The position numbers and the translations under genes were made by a program. From Mycoplasmatota bacterium (GTDB taxonomy: Bacteria; Bacillota_I; Bacilli_A; MAG-NZ), in assembly GCA_018394315.1 (NCBI GenBank), contig CP074575.1, positions 1,582,615-1,646,614 on the forward strand: DNA of 64,000 nucleotides, given 5' to 3'. How positions within the stretch are numbered: position 1 is the first letter of the stretch; each line of letters begins with the position of its first letter. Below are positions 29,169 through 39,114 of the stretch, piece by piece. Under the pieces are notes generated by a model. It had not been told where the DNA came from. It saw only the letters and a program-made list of their open reading frames with translations, and searched no databases.

Positions 29169-30320
29169 CTAGTTAGCTTTAATTCCTTCTGGCTTACACT
29201 TGTATATTTGACCTAAATCGTTATCAAATTGATATTCTCCCCCGACTTTTAGGAAAGTATAATCTTCTTCTAAAGCCATAATTGATAATTCCTGTGCAAT
29301 GTTGAAATTTAAATCATCTTGGTTACCTACGTTCATCAAGACTATTACACTCAATTGTTCATCTGGAAACCTAAGAACTGTGGATGAATAATTACTTAAT
29401 AGTCCATTGTGACCAACCCATTTATGTCCATCTAATTCTCCAAATCCTATTCCATATCTATTCTCATACATACTTTCAATTGTTTCTTTACTTATTATTT
29501 TTTCATTATATAGTGCATTTTCTAATAAAAATAAATCTTTGGTACTAGAATAAATGTTCGCAGCGCCTAAAAATACTGATACATCACAAAGTAATGGTGA
29601 TTTACTAATGTTATTATCAGATATATAGTGTGCTGAAGCCATATCAGGTAAATCTTCATTTGAAGTAGCAGCACCAGTATTCATCATATCTAGTGGTGTA
29701 AAAATATTTTCATCCAAATAATCCTCATAAGTCTGTCCTGAAACGTTTTCTATAATGTAAGCTAATAAAGTAAATCCACAATTACTATATTGATATTTTG
29801 TTCCTGGGTCAAATATTAGAGGTTCTGATATAATCTTTTTCAGCAATTCTTCTTTTGAGACAGGCTGAGATAAACTAGTATTTGGATCTCTCCTTACTCC
29901 TGAAGTATGTGTTAATAGATGTTCTATAGTAATTTCGCCACCTCTAAGTTGGTCTGGTATATACATAGACACTGGATCCTTGATATCTAAAAGCCCTTTT
30001 TCTTGTAATTGCATTATTGCAATAGCAGTTATTGGCTTGGTATTTGAAGCTACTAGGAACATTGTATCCTCAGTGAAATCTCTATCGGTATCATAATCTG
30101 CTTTCCCATATCCTTTTGCAAACAATACTAATCCATCCTTGACAACCAATACATTCCCGTGTATTTTTTCCCCAGTAGTAACCTCGTTAATACTAGTAAT
30201 ATACTCATTTGCTTTTGTGTCATAATCCATAACTTTATCATCATTACCTTGACATCCCGATAAAACAGAAATGGTTATGCTTATAATAATTATAAAAGCG
30301 ATTCTAGTTCTCTTTTTCAT
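29169..30320 (-). CDS. Serine hydrolase (beta-lactamase class C-like) lipoprotein
   Basis: Lipobox LSGC, SNTK (SxxK), LLTHTSG, YSN, GHNG. Confidence 0.88.
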   Translation of the reverse strand: MKKRTRIAFIIIISITISVLSGCQGNDDKVMDYDTKANEYITSINEVTTGEKIHGNVLVVKDGLVLFAKGYGKADYDTDRDFTEDTMFLVASNTKPITAIAIMQLQEKGLLDIKDPVSMYIPDQLRGGEITIEHLLTHTSGVRRDPNTSLSQPVSKEELLKKIISEPLIFDPGTKYQYSNCGFTLLAYIIENVSGQTYEDYLDENIFTPLDMMNTGAATSNEDLPDMASAHYISDNNISKSPLLCDVSVFLGAANIYSSTKDLFLLENALYNEKIISKETIESMYENRYGIGFGELDGHKWVGHNGLLSNYSSTVLRFPDEQLSVIVLMNVGNQDDLNFNIAQELSIMALEEDYTFLKVGGEYQFDNDLGQIYKCKPEGIKAN

Positions 30321-30737
30321 TTTTTTTCTTCCTCTCATTTAATTTTTCTAGGTTCACTAAAAATAAGTGGATTCCATCATATTATTAGAAATACATAGTA
30401 ATCCACATTTAAAAGTCAATTTATATTGACCAAAAAATTCAAGTTATCCTACATTGCTTAATTATATACTATAAGTAGATATGAGTAAAGAAATACGACA
30501 TGTGTAATTCTTGAATGAGTACACTACAATTCCTGATCAATATACCCTTTACTTGACTTCAATTTATAGTATATCGAAAGATAAGAAAGTAGCAATTAAG
30601 TGTTGCACCAGTAAGTAAAGGCATATAATTAATTTAGATATTTGGCTAAATATCTAAATAGATTATAATGGATATTACTACATATTGTCAACAATTATTT
30701 TATATTCTATCAATATCATTATCTTTTTACCGTTTTT

Positions 30738-31061
30738 ATTGGTGAATATAGAGAAGCAGCGTTATCAATTGAACGGTGGTTACCTGAAATAGTCAATTCA
30801 TTTATGATTAAACCTGATACGAATACTAGATATACTAGTTCTTTTATAGAAGGATCTAACAACTATATAAAAGTGATTAAACGTACTTCATACGGTTTCA
30901 GATGTTTCAAAACCTTTAGAAACAAGATCCTTTATAATCACAATAATTCAAGACACGTTATATTTGCATAGTTATGCACAAAAAAAGGACATAGATTATT
31001 CAATCTACATCCTTCAACTTTTGTTCATTTTTGAGCTTACCCCAATCAATGACTTAGAGCT
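30738..31061 (+). mobile_element. ISL3-family insertion sequence remnant (transposase C-terminus plus right end)
   Basis: Frame 30738-30971 reads ...IERWLPEIVNSF...YTSSFIEGSNNYIKVIKRTSYGFRCFKTFRNKIL*, the ISL3 C-terminal motif; N-terminal part absent; CCCAATCAATGACTTAGAGC resembles ISL3 right ends (..TGAC..AGAGCC). Confidence 0.85.
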
Positions 31062-31085
31062 GATAACTCTATCGAAACATCTCTT

Positions 31086-32225
31086 TTACAAACATTTAAT
31101 TTCTGTAAGTATTTTCTTAGATTTTTCTATATTAGTTTCAGATACTAATATAACTGGACCTGTACAACCCATTCCACTTTCAGCATAAATTCCAGCTTTA
31201 TGAAGACTTTCTACTGCCATTTCCAATTCTAATATATCAATACCACTAATTTCACCAGTTACGATTTCTTTTTCTGGAATTACATATGTTTCTTCTACTT
31301 TAACTTGTTTATTTTTTAACTCATCAATAATATCAAAGAATTTAGCATCTGTTACTTTTTTATACTCACTAGCCTTAATTTCATTTAAATTACCTTTAGC
31401 TAAACTGGCAACATATTTAATAGCATTAGCTACAACTGGAGTACCTGACGCTCTCGACAAAATATTGATAATTCTTTTATTTTCGAATCCAATTCCAGGC
31501 CCATAACCAAAGCCAGTACTTTCAAATGAACCACCAGTAGTAAATGAGGAGAATATCTTCATTAAAATATTTCCTGTTAACGAATCTGTTACCATCACAT
31601 CTACAGAAGCTGTTAGTAGATCATTTCCCCTCATTATAATTCCACCATCACTTCTAGCACTTTCACCGAAGTTAATATCATAACCATTACTTTGAAGTTC
31701 TTTTAGACATCTTTCTACTGCACGAGCATTGTCAACATTTAAAATACCTAAAGTCGGATTTCTGATTCCTAATGATTTTGCAGTTATGATTCCGTAAATA
31801 GTATTTTTAAGCATACTTATAGTTCTATCAGTATCACTGGTACCTGTTGTAGTCGCGATTAACATCTCTTTTCCAAAAGCAGGTGTAATAACTCTACCTA
31901 CTGTTGAAACACCAATATCAAAGTTATAATGCATTGTTACCGCACCTTGAATATAGTTTGAGTCTATCAGTTCTTCCATTTTTTTGTGAGCTTCTGCCTC
32001 ATCACTCACTTCAATGATTTCTAAATCTGTTTCTACTTTCGGGCCAATAGCAACAACATCAACACCATCTTTAGAAGCAACTTCTGCACCTTTTAAAATG
32101 TTGTCAACACCTAGTTCACTTCCAAGTAAAGTTATTCCAACTTTTACTTTTCCGAACTCACCAGTTTCCATTGCTTTAGCAATATCTAAGAATGATTCTC
32201 CAATTAATCTTTTTATATTATCCAT
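31086..32225 (-). CDS. grdD: Glycine reductase complex protein C, small subunit
   Basis: VTMHYNFDIGVSTVGRV, PlsX-like fold, catalytic ESGMGCTGP. Confidence 0.93.
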   Translation of the reverse strand: MDNIKRLIGESFLDIAKAMETGEFGKVKVGITLLGSELGVDNILKGAEVASKDGVDVVAIGPKVETDLEIIEVSDEAEAHKKMEELIDSNYIQGAVTMHYNFDIGVSTVGRVITPAFGKEMLIATTTGTSDTDRTISMLKNTIYGIITAKSLGIRNPTLGILNVDNARAVERCLKELQSNGYDINFGESARSDGGIIMRGNDLLTASVDVMVTDSLTGNILMKIFSSFTTGGSFESTGFGYGPGIGFENKRIINILSRASGTPVVANAIKYVASLAKGNLNEIKASEYKKVTDAKFFDIIDELKNKQVKVEETYVIPEKEIVTGEISGIDILELEMAVESLHKAGIYAESGMGCTGPVILVSETNIEKSKKILTEIKCL

Positions 32226-32233
32226 AGTTTCAC

Positions 32234-33769
32234 CTACTTAAGTAATGAACTTGCATATTCTTTTAAACTTTCAGCAATCAGTTTGTTAATTTCTTCTTTA
32301 GAGATATTATTTGCCTCTTCAACACCGGTATTTCTCTCAATCATAACACTTATACCATCGAATAGGTTAGTCATTCTAGCTAAGAATAACGAACCTTTTC
32401 CTACTAGCATCGCTCTATTAATGTTGGTGTCAGTTGTCATTTCATTAATTAAATGTCCACAGTAAGGGACCCCTGAGGGAATGTGTCCTTGAGTTGGTGC
32501 CCAACCTACCATACCATGATTATCAGTAAAACTTAAAATATCTTTTCTTTCAATTTCTTTGTTCATAACAGCTAAAGCAGCTATCATTTTATAGTTAGCT
32601 AAAGGTACATCACCAGCACCTGCTAATGAAGTTATATCAGGATTTTGCATTTCAACAGAATATTTATCAACATCTGATAATTTTAAACCATTTCTCTTTA
32701 ATGGTTCTTCTACTAATGATTTAGTTACAACTTGAGGACTTGATCCAGTTCCCACTTTATGTGTTCCAACTACATCTGTTCTAATTACAGGTGATACTCC
32801 ATCGTTTTTAGAAATTAAAATTGCGAATCCACCTAGAACATCTTCTAATAATTTATAACCTTTTTTAGCATGATCTTTACCATTCATACCTAATTTGGCA
32901 GTTGCTCCACCAGCTACAACTACTACATTGTCATATACACCAGACTCGACTAATGTAGCTGCATGTATTAATGTATGAATTGGTGCAGCACAAAATGCTC
33001 TAATATCACATCCACCTGAATTTTTAGCTCCAACAACTTCAGCAATTGATTTAGCAAAGTTACCTCCACCGCGTTGATTCATATCTCCACAAGCTTCTTC
33101 ACTACATTCTATTACGTATCCAATGTCTTCAGGTTTAACATTGTTCTTAGCTAATAAGTGTTTAAAAGTAATAGCACCAGTTGCTTTTACTACTAAGTTT
33201 TCAGTCATGATATGAGAATTTAAGTTTGAATCGATATCATGAGCTTTCTTAACACAACCAACCAGTTTATCTTCACAATAAAGTGGTTCAGATCCGTTAT
33301 CAATCGATAATCTAATATCATTAATTTTTGATCCTTTGCCTATTACTTTATTTATTTCTTCTTCAGTTTTTAGTGGATGTTTTTGATAATCATTAATGGA
33401 CTCTTGTAAGAAATTTTCTTCTAACAAAACTAATCCAAATACATCTGAAATCATCAGGAATAATAATAACTCTTTTTCAGGCATAATTTCACCGAAGATA
33501 CCAAATCTTTTACCTTCTTTATAATCTAAATTGCAAAATGGTCGTTCTAATTCTCTTAGTTCACTTGGATGAAAGTTTCCAATATAAACTTGATTTGGTA
33601 AGTAGTTTACTACTTCTTCGTAAGTACGTAAATTCTCTCTAATGTTTTTTAGATAATCACTATCCTGATTTGTTAATCTTTCAGAGACTTGTGTTACTCC
33701 TAAATGAATTAACATTTCAGGTGTATGGAATAATGAATATCCTGCATCTTTTATTACAGCTTTAGCCAT
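32234..33769 (-). CDS. grdC: Glycine reductase complex protein C, large subunit
   Basis: IECSEEACGDMNQRGGGNFAK, AKLGMNGKDH, PTQGHIPSGVP, GKGSLFLARMTNLFDG. Confidence 0.95.
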   Translation of the reverse strand: MAKAVIKDAGYSLFHTPEMLIHLGVTQVSERLTNQDSDYLKNIRENLRTYEEVVNYLPNQVYIGNFHPSELRELERPFCNLDYKEGKRFGIFGEIMPEKELLLFLMISDVFGLVLLEENFLQESINDYQKHPLKTEEEINKVIGKGSKINDIRLSIDNGSEPLYCEDKLVGCVKKAHDIDSNLNSHIMTENLVVKATGAITFKHLLAKNNVKPEDIGYVIECSEEACGDMNQRGGGNFAKSIAEVVGAKNSGGCDIRAFCAAPIHTLIHAATLVESGVYDNVVVVAGGATAKLGMNGKDHAKKGYKLLEDVLGGFAILISKNDGVSPVIRTDVVGTHKVGTGSSPQVVTKSLVEEPLKRNGLKLSDVDKYSVEMQNPDITSLAGAGDVPLANYKMIAALAVMNKEIERKDILSFTDNHGMVGWAPTQGHIPSGVPYCGHLINEMTTDTNINRAMLVGKGSLFLARMTNLFDGISVMIERNTGVEEANNISKEEINKLIAESLKEYASSLLK

Positions 33770-33782
33770 AATGACCTCCTAT

Positions 33783-33803
33783 AAAAAGGGGGAAAATCCC
33801 CCT
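33783..33803 (-). terminator. Intra-operon terminator between grdB and grdC
   Basis: Minus strand AGGGGGA-TTT-TCCCCCT-TTTT. Confidence 0.7.
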
Positions 33804-33808
33804 AGTTT

Positions 33809-35113
33809 TTATTCGAATATTGTTTGTCCGTCAATTTCAGTTTGTAATGCATTTAAAGCTTTTTCAACAATTGTACGACGTACTTTATATTCTTCTTTAG
33901 AATCTAAATTGGGGTTACCTAACGGATATGGTATTGCTATTGCTGGAACAATTCTGTTTGCTCCTACAGTTTTTGATATAGGTACGATTGTACATATATG
34001 AACTACAGGGATACCTGCAGCTTCAATTCCTTTTACCATCGTTGCACCGCAACGAGTACACGTACCTCAGGTACTAGTTAGGATAACTGCCTGTACACCA
34101 TCTTCTAATAATTTATTATCAATCTCTTCAGCGAAATTTTTTGAACTTTTAACTGCTGTACCGTTGCCAGTAGTTGAATAGAAATATGGATGAATAGACC
34201 CAATGACTCCTTCTTTCTCTAAATCACGTAATACATCAATAGGTACTACACGGTTTGGGTTTTCATTTGCGTATACTGGGTCATATCCACCGTGTGTTGT
34301 CTCATAATTTTCATCATCTAAAGTTATTACATTATTTATATCATATATACCATATTTACTTGCTGATGACGACTCAATACGGTCTGGGTTACCTTTAGGA
34401 ACGATTCCTCCTGTAGTAACAACTGCGATTCTTGCTTTAGATAAATCTTTAATTGCTTTCCCTGGTTCTACTCTGTCAAATTCAGGCATTGGATATTCAG
34501 TTTTAAATTCTTCGTCATTTAGTTTTTTAATTAACATCTCTACTGCTCGTTCAGCACCTACTTTTTCTGCAAAGAAGTTTTTACGAATTCCTCTTACTAA
34601 ATATCCTTCTGTCTCAGGATCTAATATTTCTTCCTTTCTAGCTAATTTTAATGCTAATGCCGCTAATTTAGGAAGAGCCTTTCTCATTCCTGTTGCTGCG
34701 TTTGCAGTCTCAATTATATAAACTTCTTTTTTAAACATATCTGCACCTGGATTTTCAATATACATCCCAGTTACTGCAGGAATTTTCAATTCATCTTGAA
34801 CTACTTTTGAAATTGTTCCACATGCTGTACCGTACCTCCCAGCGTTAAATGCAGGTCCAGCTACAAATAAGTCAGCTTCAATATCTTTCATCAAAGAAAG
34901 TATCTTTGCTACTGCTTCGTTTATATTTTCATTAAAATATGAATCCCCACAAATTATTGTGGCAACTATTTCTGCTTCTCCTTTAAAAGCACGATCTAGT
35001 CCAAGTCCTGGACCAATTGCACCTTCTCTAATTTCAGGAGCATAATGAGCCATCTCTTCTCCACCAATATTTGCAAAGAATTGGTTAATATAGTGGACAA
35101 CTTTTAAAGCCAT
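33809..35113 (-). CDS. grdB: Glycine reductase selenoprotein B (Sec at TGA 34067-34069), 434 aa
   Basis: The 348 aa and 76 aa ORFs are in frame; read-through gives VILTST-U-GTCTRCGATMVKGIE (UxxCxxC). Confidence 0.95.
34039..34069 (-). promoter_or_regulatory. Bacterial SECIS element of grdB
   Basis: TGA followed after 11 nt by hairpin TCGTTGC-GGT-GCAACGA with G-containing loop. Confidence 0.75.
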
Positions 35114-35208
35114 TAATTTTCCTCCTTTTTATTTTATATCTTCCATATCTTTTTCATTTATTATAGACTCAACCTGAGTCTTTTGGTTTTATATTATAAA
35201 CTTAGAAA

Positions 35209-35688
35209 TTATTTGTTATATTTAGAATTTTCTTCACGGATTGTGGTAATTTCACCAACGATATCGTCTACATCTAATACCATTTCCATCATACCGATTT
35301 GGTCTTCGTAAACTTGTGGGTCAACTGCTTCTTTAAATGTAGGTTCAACTGCATGGTAAACACCCAGTCCTAATTCAACATTTGTTAAACTACCAGCATA
35401 AGTTGGATCCCCAACAGTTACAGTCTCAGCGGCTAATCCAGTCAATTCACCTTCAGCAGCTCCGAATACTACTATTAAATTTTCAGCTCCGTGTTCTTCT
35501 GTTAATGCTTTAATTCTACTTTGATTTTCTAAGTCCATTGCACCCGCAGCCGTTCAGACAAAACATTCAGTTGCTGCGAATACTACTTCACTTCCTGGAA
35601 TTGTGTTAACAACTTCCTTTAATGACTCACCAGGTACACCATCACGGTCACCGATAAGAATATATTTCTTGTTTTCAAAAATACTCAT
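35209..35688 (-). CDS. grdA: Glycine/sarcosine/betaine reductase selenoprotein A (Sec at TGA 35554-35556), 159 aa
   Basis: ATG 35688 after [27 protein letters not shown]...[17 protein letters not shown] (CxxU) continues in frame into the 109 aa ORF. Confidence 0.95.
35533..35556 (-). promoter_or_regulatory. Putative SECIS element of grdA
   Basis: Short hairpin TGC-GGGT-GCA just downstream of the TGA; stem is weak. Confidence 0.45.
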
Positions 35689-35707
35689 AAATTCCTCCTT
35701 GTTCTTT

Positions 35708-36994
35708 TTATAAACTTCTTGCAGTAAGTTTATTAAATCCTAATTCATTAGTTGCTCCAGTAATCGCTTGAGTTTCAACTTCGATTGATCCATCTTCTCT
35801 TAGTGAACCATCAAATCCTCCAGCAATCTTATCTACATAAGCGTAAGACCCTATTAGTTTCTCCATAGGTGGTAAAACTATAACTTCATTTGCATTTCCA
35901 CCAGTAACAACTGCATTAGCTGAAAAATCAGCATCAGCTAATGATTGACTTAAACCATCTCTACCAGCGTATTCATCCGTTACAATAACAGTTTTAATTC
36001 CAACTCTTTCAATTTTTTTACAATTCATTATTAAGTCTGTATCTGGGTTACCAAATCCTTCTTGAGAGATAACTGCACCATCTAAACCAAGAAATTCAGC
36101 TAACTTAACAGTAAAATTACTTGATCTTTCTTTATCGGCTAAGAATACATTTTCATTTGTAATAATAGTTCCCACGAAATTAATATCTTTACCATGTTTT
36201 TTATATAGATTATTGATAATTGGATTGTTTTGATGATGATATGTTGTATTTTTATCACAAGCTGATACACAGTTTCCACTAATAATTGCTCCATCCATAA
36301 TTTCTGTTGGATACATAAATGTTGGAACTATTTGTTTCCCATCTACACCATAAATATATGTATCATGTAATAACCCTTGAGTTTGTAACATGTAAACATA
36401 AGCTACTTTAGGTAAATCTTTAAATTCATTTACTTGGTCAAGTAATGGTTTTGTTTCAAATAATTCTATTTTATCAGGTTCAATATCTTTTCCTAATTCA
36501 CCTAAGTAAACAGCAATTTTTAGACCGGCTAATCTAACTGCTGCTTCATAATCATACGGACTTAATCCTTCACTAGGCTCAATTACTAAACATACATTAT
36601 TTAATTTCGAAAATGGTGTGTAATCTGCCCCTGGACCTGTCATATCAACAATTCCTTCTTGGAATCCAACAATTTTTCCACAAGTAACAACTGCAGCACC
36701 TTTTAGAACATGCGTTCTTCCTGTACCAACAGTATCTACTTTTCCGATTACACCAGGGAAGATTGATCCAGGTCCTTCTACTTTTACTCTTGGTTCGATT
36801 ACGTCTTTAACTGGTGTAATACGAATGCTCTCGCCAGGTCTAGCTAATTCAATTATTGCATCTTTAATTCTATCGTCCTCTAAAACAATTTCCATTAAAC
36901 TTTCTGAATTTACGTGTAAAACATTATTTTCGACCTTGTTTACATTACCGAATTGTACATCATTGATGATGATATTTCCGAGTTCTAGCATCAT
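35708..36994 (-). CDS. grdE: Glycine reductase component B proprotein (alpha/beta subunits)
   Basis: [35 protein letters not shown] (processing-site region), EGFGNPDTD. Confidence 0.93.
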   Translation of the reverse strand: MMLELGNIIINDVQFGNVNKVENNVLHVNSESLMEIVLEDDRIKDAIIELARPGESIRITPVKDVIEPRVKVEGPGSIFPGVIGKVDTVGTGRTHVLKGAAVVTCGKIVGFQEGIVDMTGPGADYTPFSKLNNVCLVIEPSEGLSPYDYEAAVRLAGLKIAVYLGELGKDIEPDKIELFETKPLLDQVNEFKDLPKVAYVYMLQTQGLLHDTYIYGVDGKQIVPTFMYPTEIMDGAIISGNCVSACDKNTTYHHQNNPIINNLYKKHGKDINFVGTIITNENVFLADKERSSNFTVKLAEFLGLDGAVISQEGFGNPDTDLIMNCKKIERVGIKTVIVTDEYAGRDGLSQSLADADFSANAVVTGGNANEVIVLPPMEKLIGSYAYVDKIAGGFDGSLREDGSIEVETQAITGATNELGFNKLTARSL

Positions 36995-37012
36995 GAGTTA
37001 TCTCCTCCTTGT

Positions 37013-37327
37013 CTATAAGTGTTTCTTAATCATTTCCTCAATGCCTTCTTTATTTGCATTCTCCTTTGTTACTTCATCTAATTTTTCTCCATCTTTATAT
37101 AAAGAGATATTAGGTAGTCCCATTACTTTTTGTTTTATAGCTAATCGTCTAGCGCTTGCAGTATTTAGTTTACAGAACTTAACATCTGTATAAACTGACT
37201 CTAATTCTTCAACATCTGGCATCAATGCTTTACATGGTTCACAACCATCACTCCAATAATCAACTAGAACTAATCCTTTAGCTTCAAAAACTTCTTTATC
37301 AAAATTATCCTTGTCTAGTACGAACAT
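37013..37327 (-). CDS. trxA: Thioredoxin (glycine-reductase type, GCEPC)
   Basis: [26 protein letters not shown]. Confidence 0.92.
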   Translation of the reverse strand: MFVLDKDNFDKEVFEAKGLVLVDYWSDGCEPCKALMPDVEELESVYTDVKFCKLNTASARRLAIKQKVMGLPNISLYKDGEKLDEVTKENANKEGIEEMIKKHL

Positions 37328-37343
37328 ATCTGTTCTCCTTTAC

Positions 37344-38276
37344 TTAAAATTTGTGTTCAATATATTTTTCCGCAGTTACTGATGCGATTGCTCCATCAGC
37401 AGTAGCTGTAACTACTTGTCTTAAAGTCTTTACTCTTAAATCTCCAGCTGCAAATACACCAGGAACACTCGTTCTCATTTCTTCATCTGTTACGATATAA
37501 CCATTATCCATTTCAACTAAACCTTCGAATAATTCAGTTTGAGGTTTATAACCAATAAAGATAAATACTCCGAAAGTTCCTTCTTCTTCATCAGCAAAGA
37601 TTTCAGTTTCTTCTTCTGTCTTAACATTTTTAATAACTATAGATTCAACAATGCCATCACCTTTGATTTCGGTTACTGTAGAATTAAGTATGTATTCAAT
37701 TTTGTCATTTTGTTTTGCTTTTTCAATAATAGAATTAGCTGCTGTTAATCGATCCATAATATTTATTAAAGTAACTTTTCTTGCATACTTAGTTAAATAC
37801 ATACCTTCTTCAACTGCAGAGTCTCCACCTCCTATTACAAACACTTCTAAGTCAGTGAAAAAATCAGCATCACAGGTAGCACAATAAGAAACACCTTTAC
37901 CTGTTAGTACTGCTTCACCAGGGCATCCTAGTTTTCTTGGACTCGCTCCTGTTGCAATTACAACTGCTTTTGCATGATACTCTTTTTCCTTTGTTTTGAT
38001 AACTTTAACACTATTAGAAAAATCAACTTCAACTACCTTTTCGCGAATAAACTCTGCTCCAAACTGTTTAGCTTGAGCATACATTTTTTCTATTAATCCA
38101 GGACCTGAATCATTTGGTGAACCTGGATAATTTACAATCTCATGTGTGGTGGCTATTTGACCTCCAGGATTTGATCCATCTAACATAATTGTGCTTAATT
38201 TTGCTCTTGCAGCATATAAAGCAGAACTAAGTCCCGCTGGACCTGCACCTATGATAAGCACATCGCACTCTCTCAT
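37344..38276 (-). CDS. trxB: Thioredoxin-disulfide reductase
   Basis: GAGPAG, GVSYCATCD, GGGDSAVEEG, GVFAAGD. Confidence 0.96.
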   Translation of the reverse strand: MRECDVLIIGAGPAGLSSALYAARAKLSTIMLDGSNPGGQIATTHEIVNYPGSPNDSGPGLIEKMYAQAKQFGAEFIREKVVEVDFSNSVKVIKTKEKEYHAKAVVIATGASPRKLGCPGEAVLTGKGVSYCATCDADFFTDLEVFVIGGGDSAVEEGMYLTKYARKVTLINIMDRLTAANSIIEKAKQNDKIEYILNSTVTEIKGDGIVESIVIKNVKTEEETEIFADEEEGTFGVFIFIGYKPQTELFEGLVEMDNGYIVTDEEMRTSVPGVFAAGDLRVKTLRQVVTATADGAIASVTAEKYIEHKF

Positions 38277-38277
38277 A

Positions 38278-38652
38278 TTAACCTCCTTGTATTTTGTATA
38301 ACGAGTATATTATAATTTGATAATCTATATATCTTAAATCTGTTAAGATATTGTCTGATAAGATTTTATCACTTCTCCTTGGTAAACTTTCTTCTGCTAA
38401 AATTATTGCATCCTCTATAATTTGTAACGATTGCAAGTCTAACTCACTACCCTCTTTAATGATTATTGTTTTATATATTGTTTTGTCGGGTAATAAATTG
38501 CTAGCTAAAGGATGAGTTAATAGTAGATAATTAAGTTGTACTTTGTCTCTAACATACTTTAGAACATCTATAATATCTCCATCTATAAAGACATAATTAT
38601 CGTAATTAAAATTTTCAACCACCATTTTATTATTTGTAATTATGTAAGTCAT
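38278..38652 (-). CDS. grdX: GrdX-family protein
   Basis: IITNN, VRDKV..LLTHPLASNLLP..TIYKTI; canonical first position in grd operons. Confidence 0.88.
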   Translation of the reverse strand: MTYIITNNKMVVENFNYDNYVFIDGDIIDVLKYVRDKVQLNYLLLTHPLASNLLPDKTIYKTIIIKEGSELDLQSLQIIEDAIILAEESLPRRSDKILSDNILTDLRYIDYQIIIYSLYKIQGG

Positions 38653-38982
38653 AATCCCATTTCACCTCATTCTATACCATAGTAAATATTACTACTTTCT
38701 TATCATCAGCGTAAAATTTCAGTGTAGATCTCACTGCAAATGTTTATTGATAATATATTTATTTAAATTTTTTTTCTTATAATTATAAAGTAGATATAAC
38801 CAACCCACCATCATCTTTATTTTGAGAATATGATTTGTGAATTCTGAACTTTTCAAAAATTAAAAAACATTCTTTTATTACTATATTGTCCAAAAAAATG
38901 ATTGTTATCATCTAATTTACTCCATTGAAAACTAGAAAAATATATAATAATCATTTAAAGATTTGATTAATATCAAAATAAT

Positions 38983-39008
38983 AAAAAAAACTTCCTTTAA
39001 TAAGGAAG
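38983..39008 (-). terminator. Terminator downstream of trmK
   Basis: CTTCCTT/AAGGAAG stem plus 8 T on minus strand. Confidence 0.75.
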
Positions 39009-39114
39009 ATTCTCAATTTTAAACGACATCAAAATCTTTAGCGATAATACACTGTAATTAGTGTTCATTTTACATTTTGTTTAGGAAAGTCGATTTAATT
39101 ACTTTAATTCATTA

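Noticed and set aside
30964..31188. 74 aa plus-strand ORF
   Set aside because: Spans the IS right end and runs antisense into grdD
33809..34039. 76 aa ORF as an independent gene, or grdB as a pseudogene
   Set aside because: It is the in-frame C-terminus of GrdB beyond the Sec codon
38653..38982. Glycine riboswitch or Rex box upstream of the grd operon
   Set aside because: No GGAGAG..CCGAAG..CTCTCAGG aptamer pattern; TTGTGAA near 38835 lacks the matching half-site
39015..39100. Possible 6S-like RNA after trmK (outer TAAATCGAC/GTCGTTTA stem, inner ACACT/AGTGT hairpin)
   Set aside because: Too short, weak pairing and no dedicated promoter; more simply a 3' UTR
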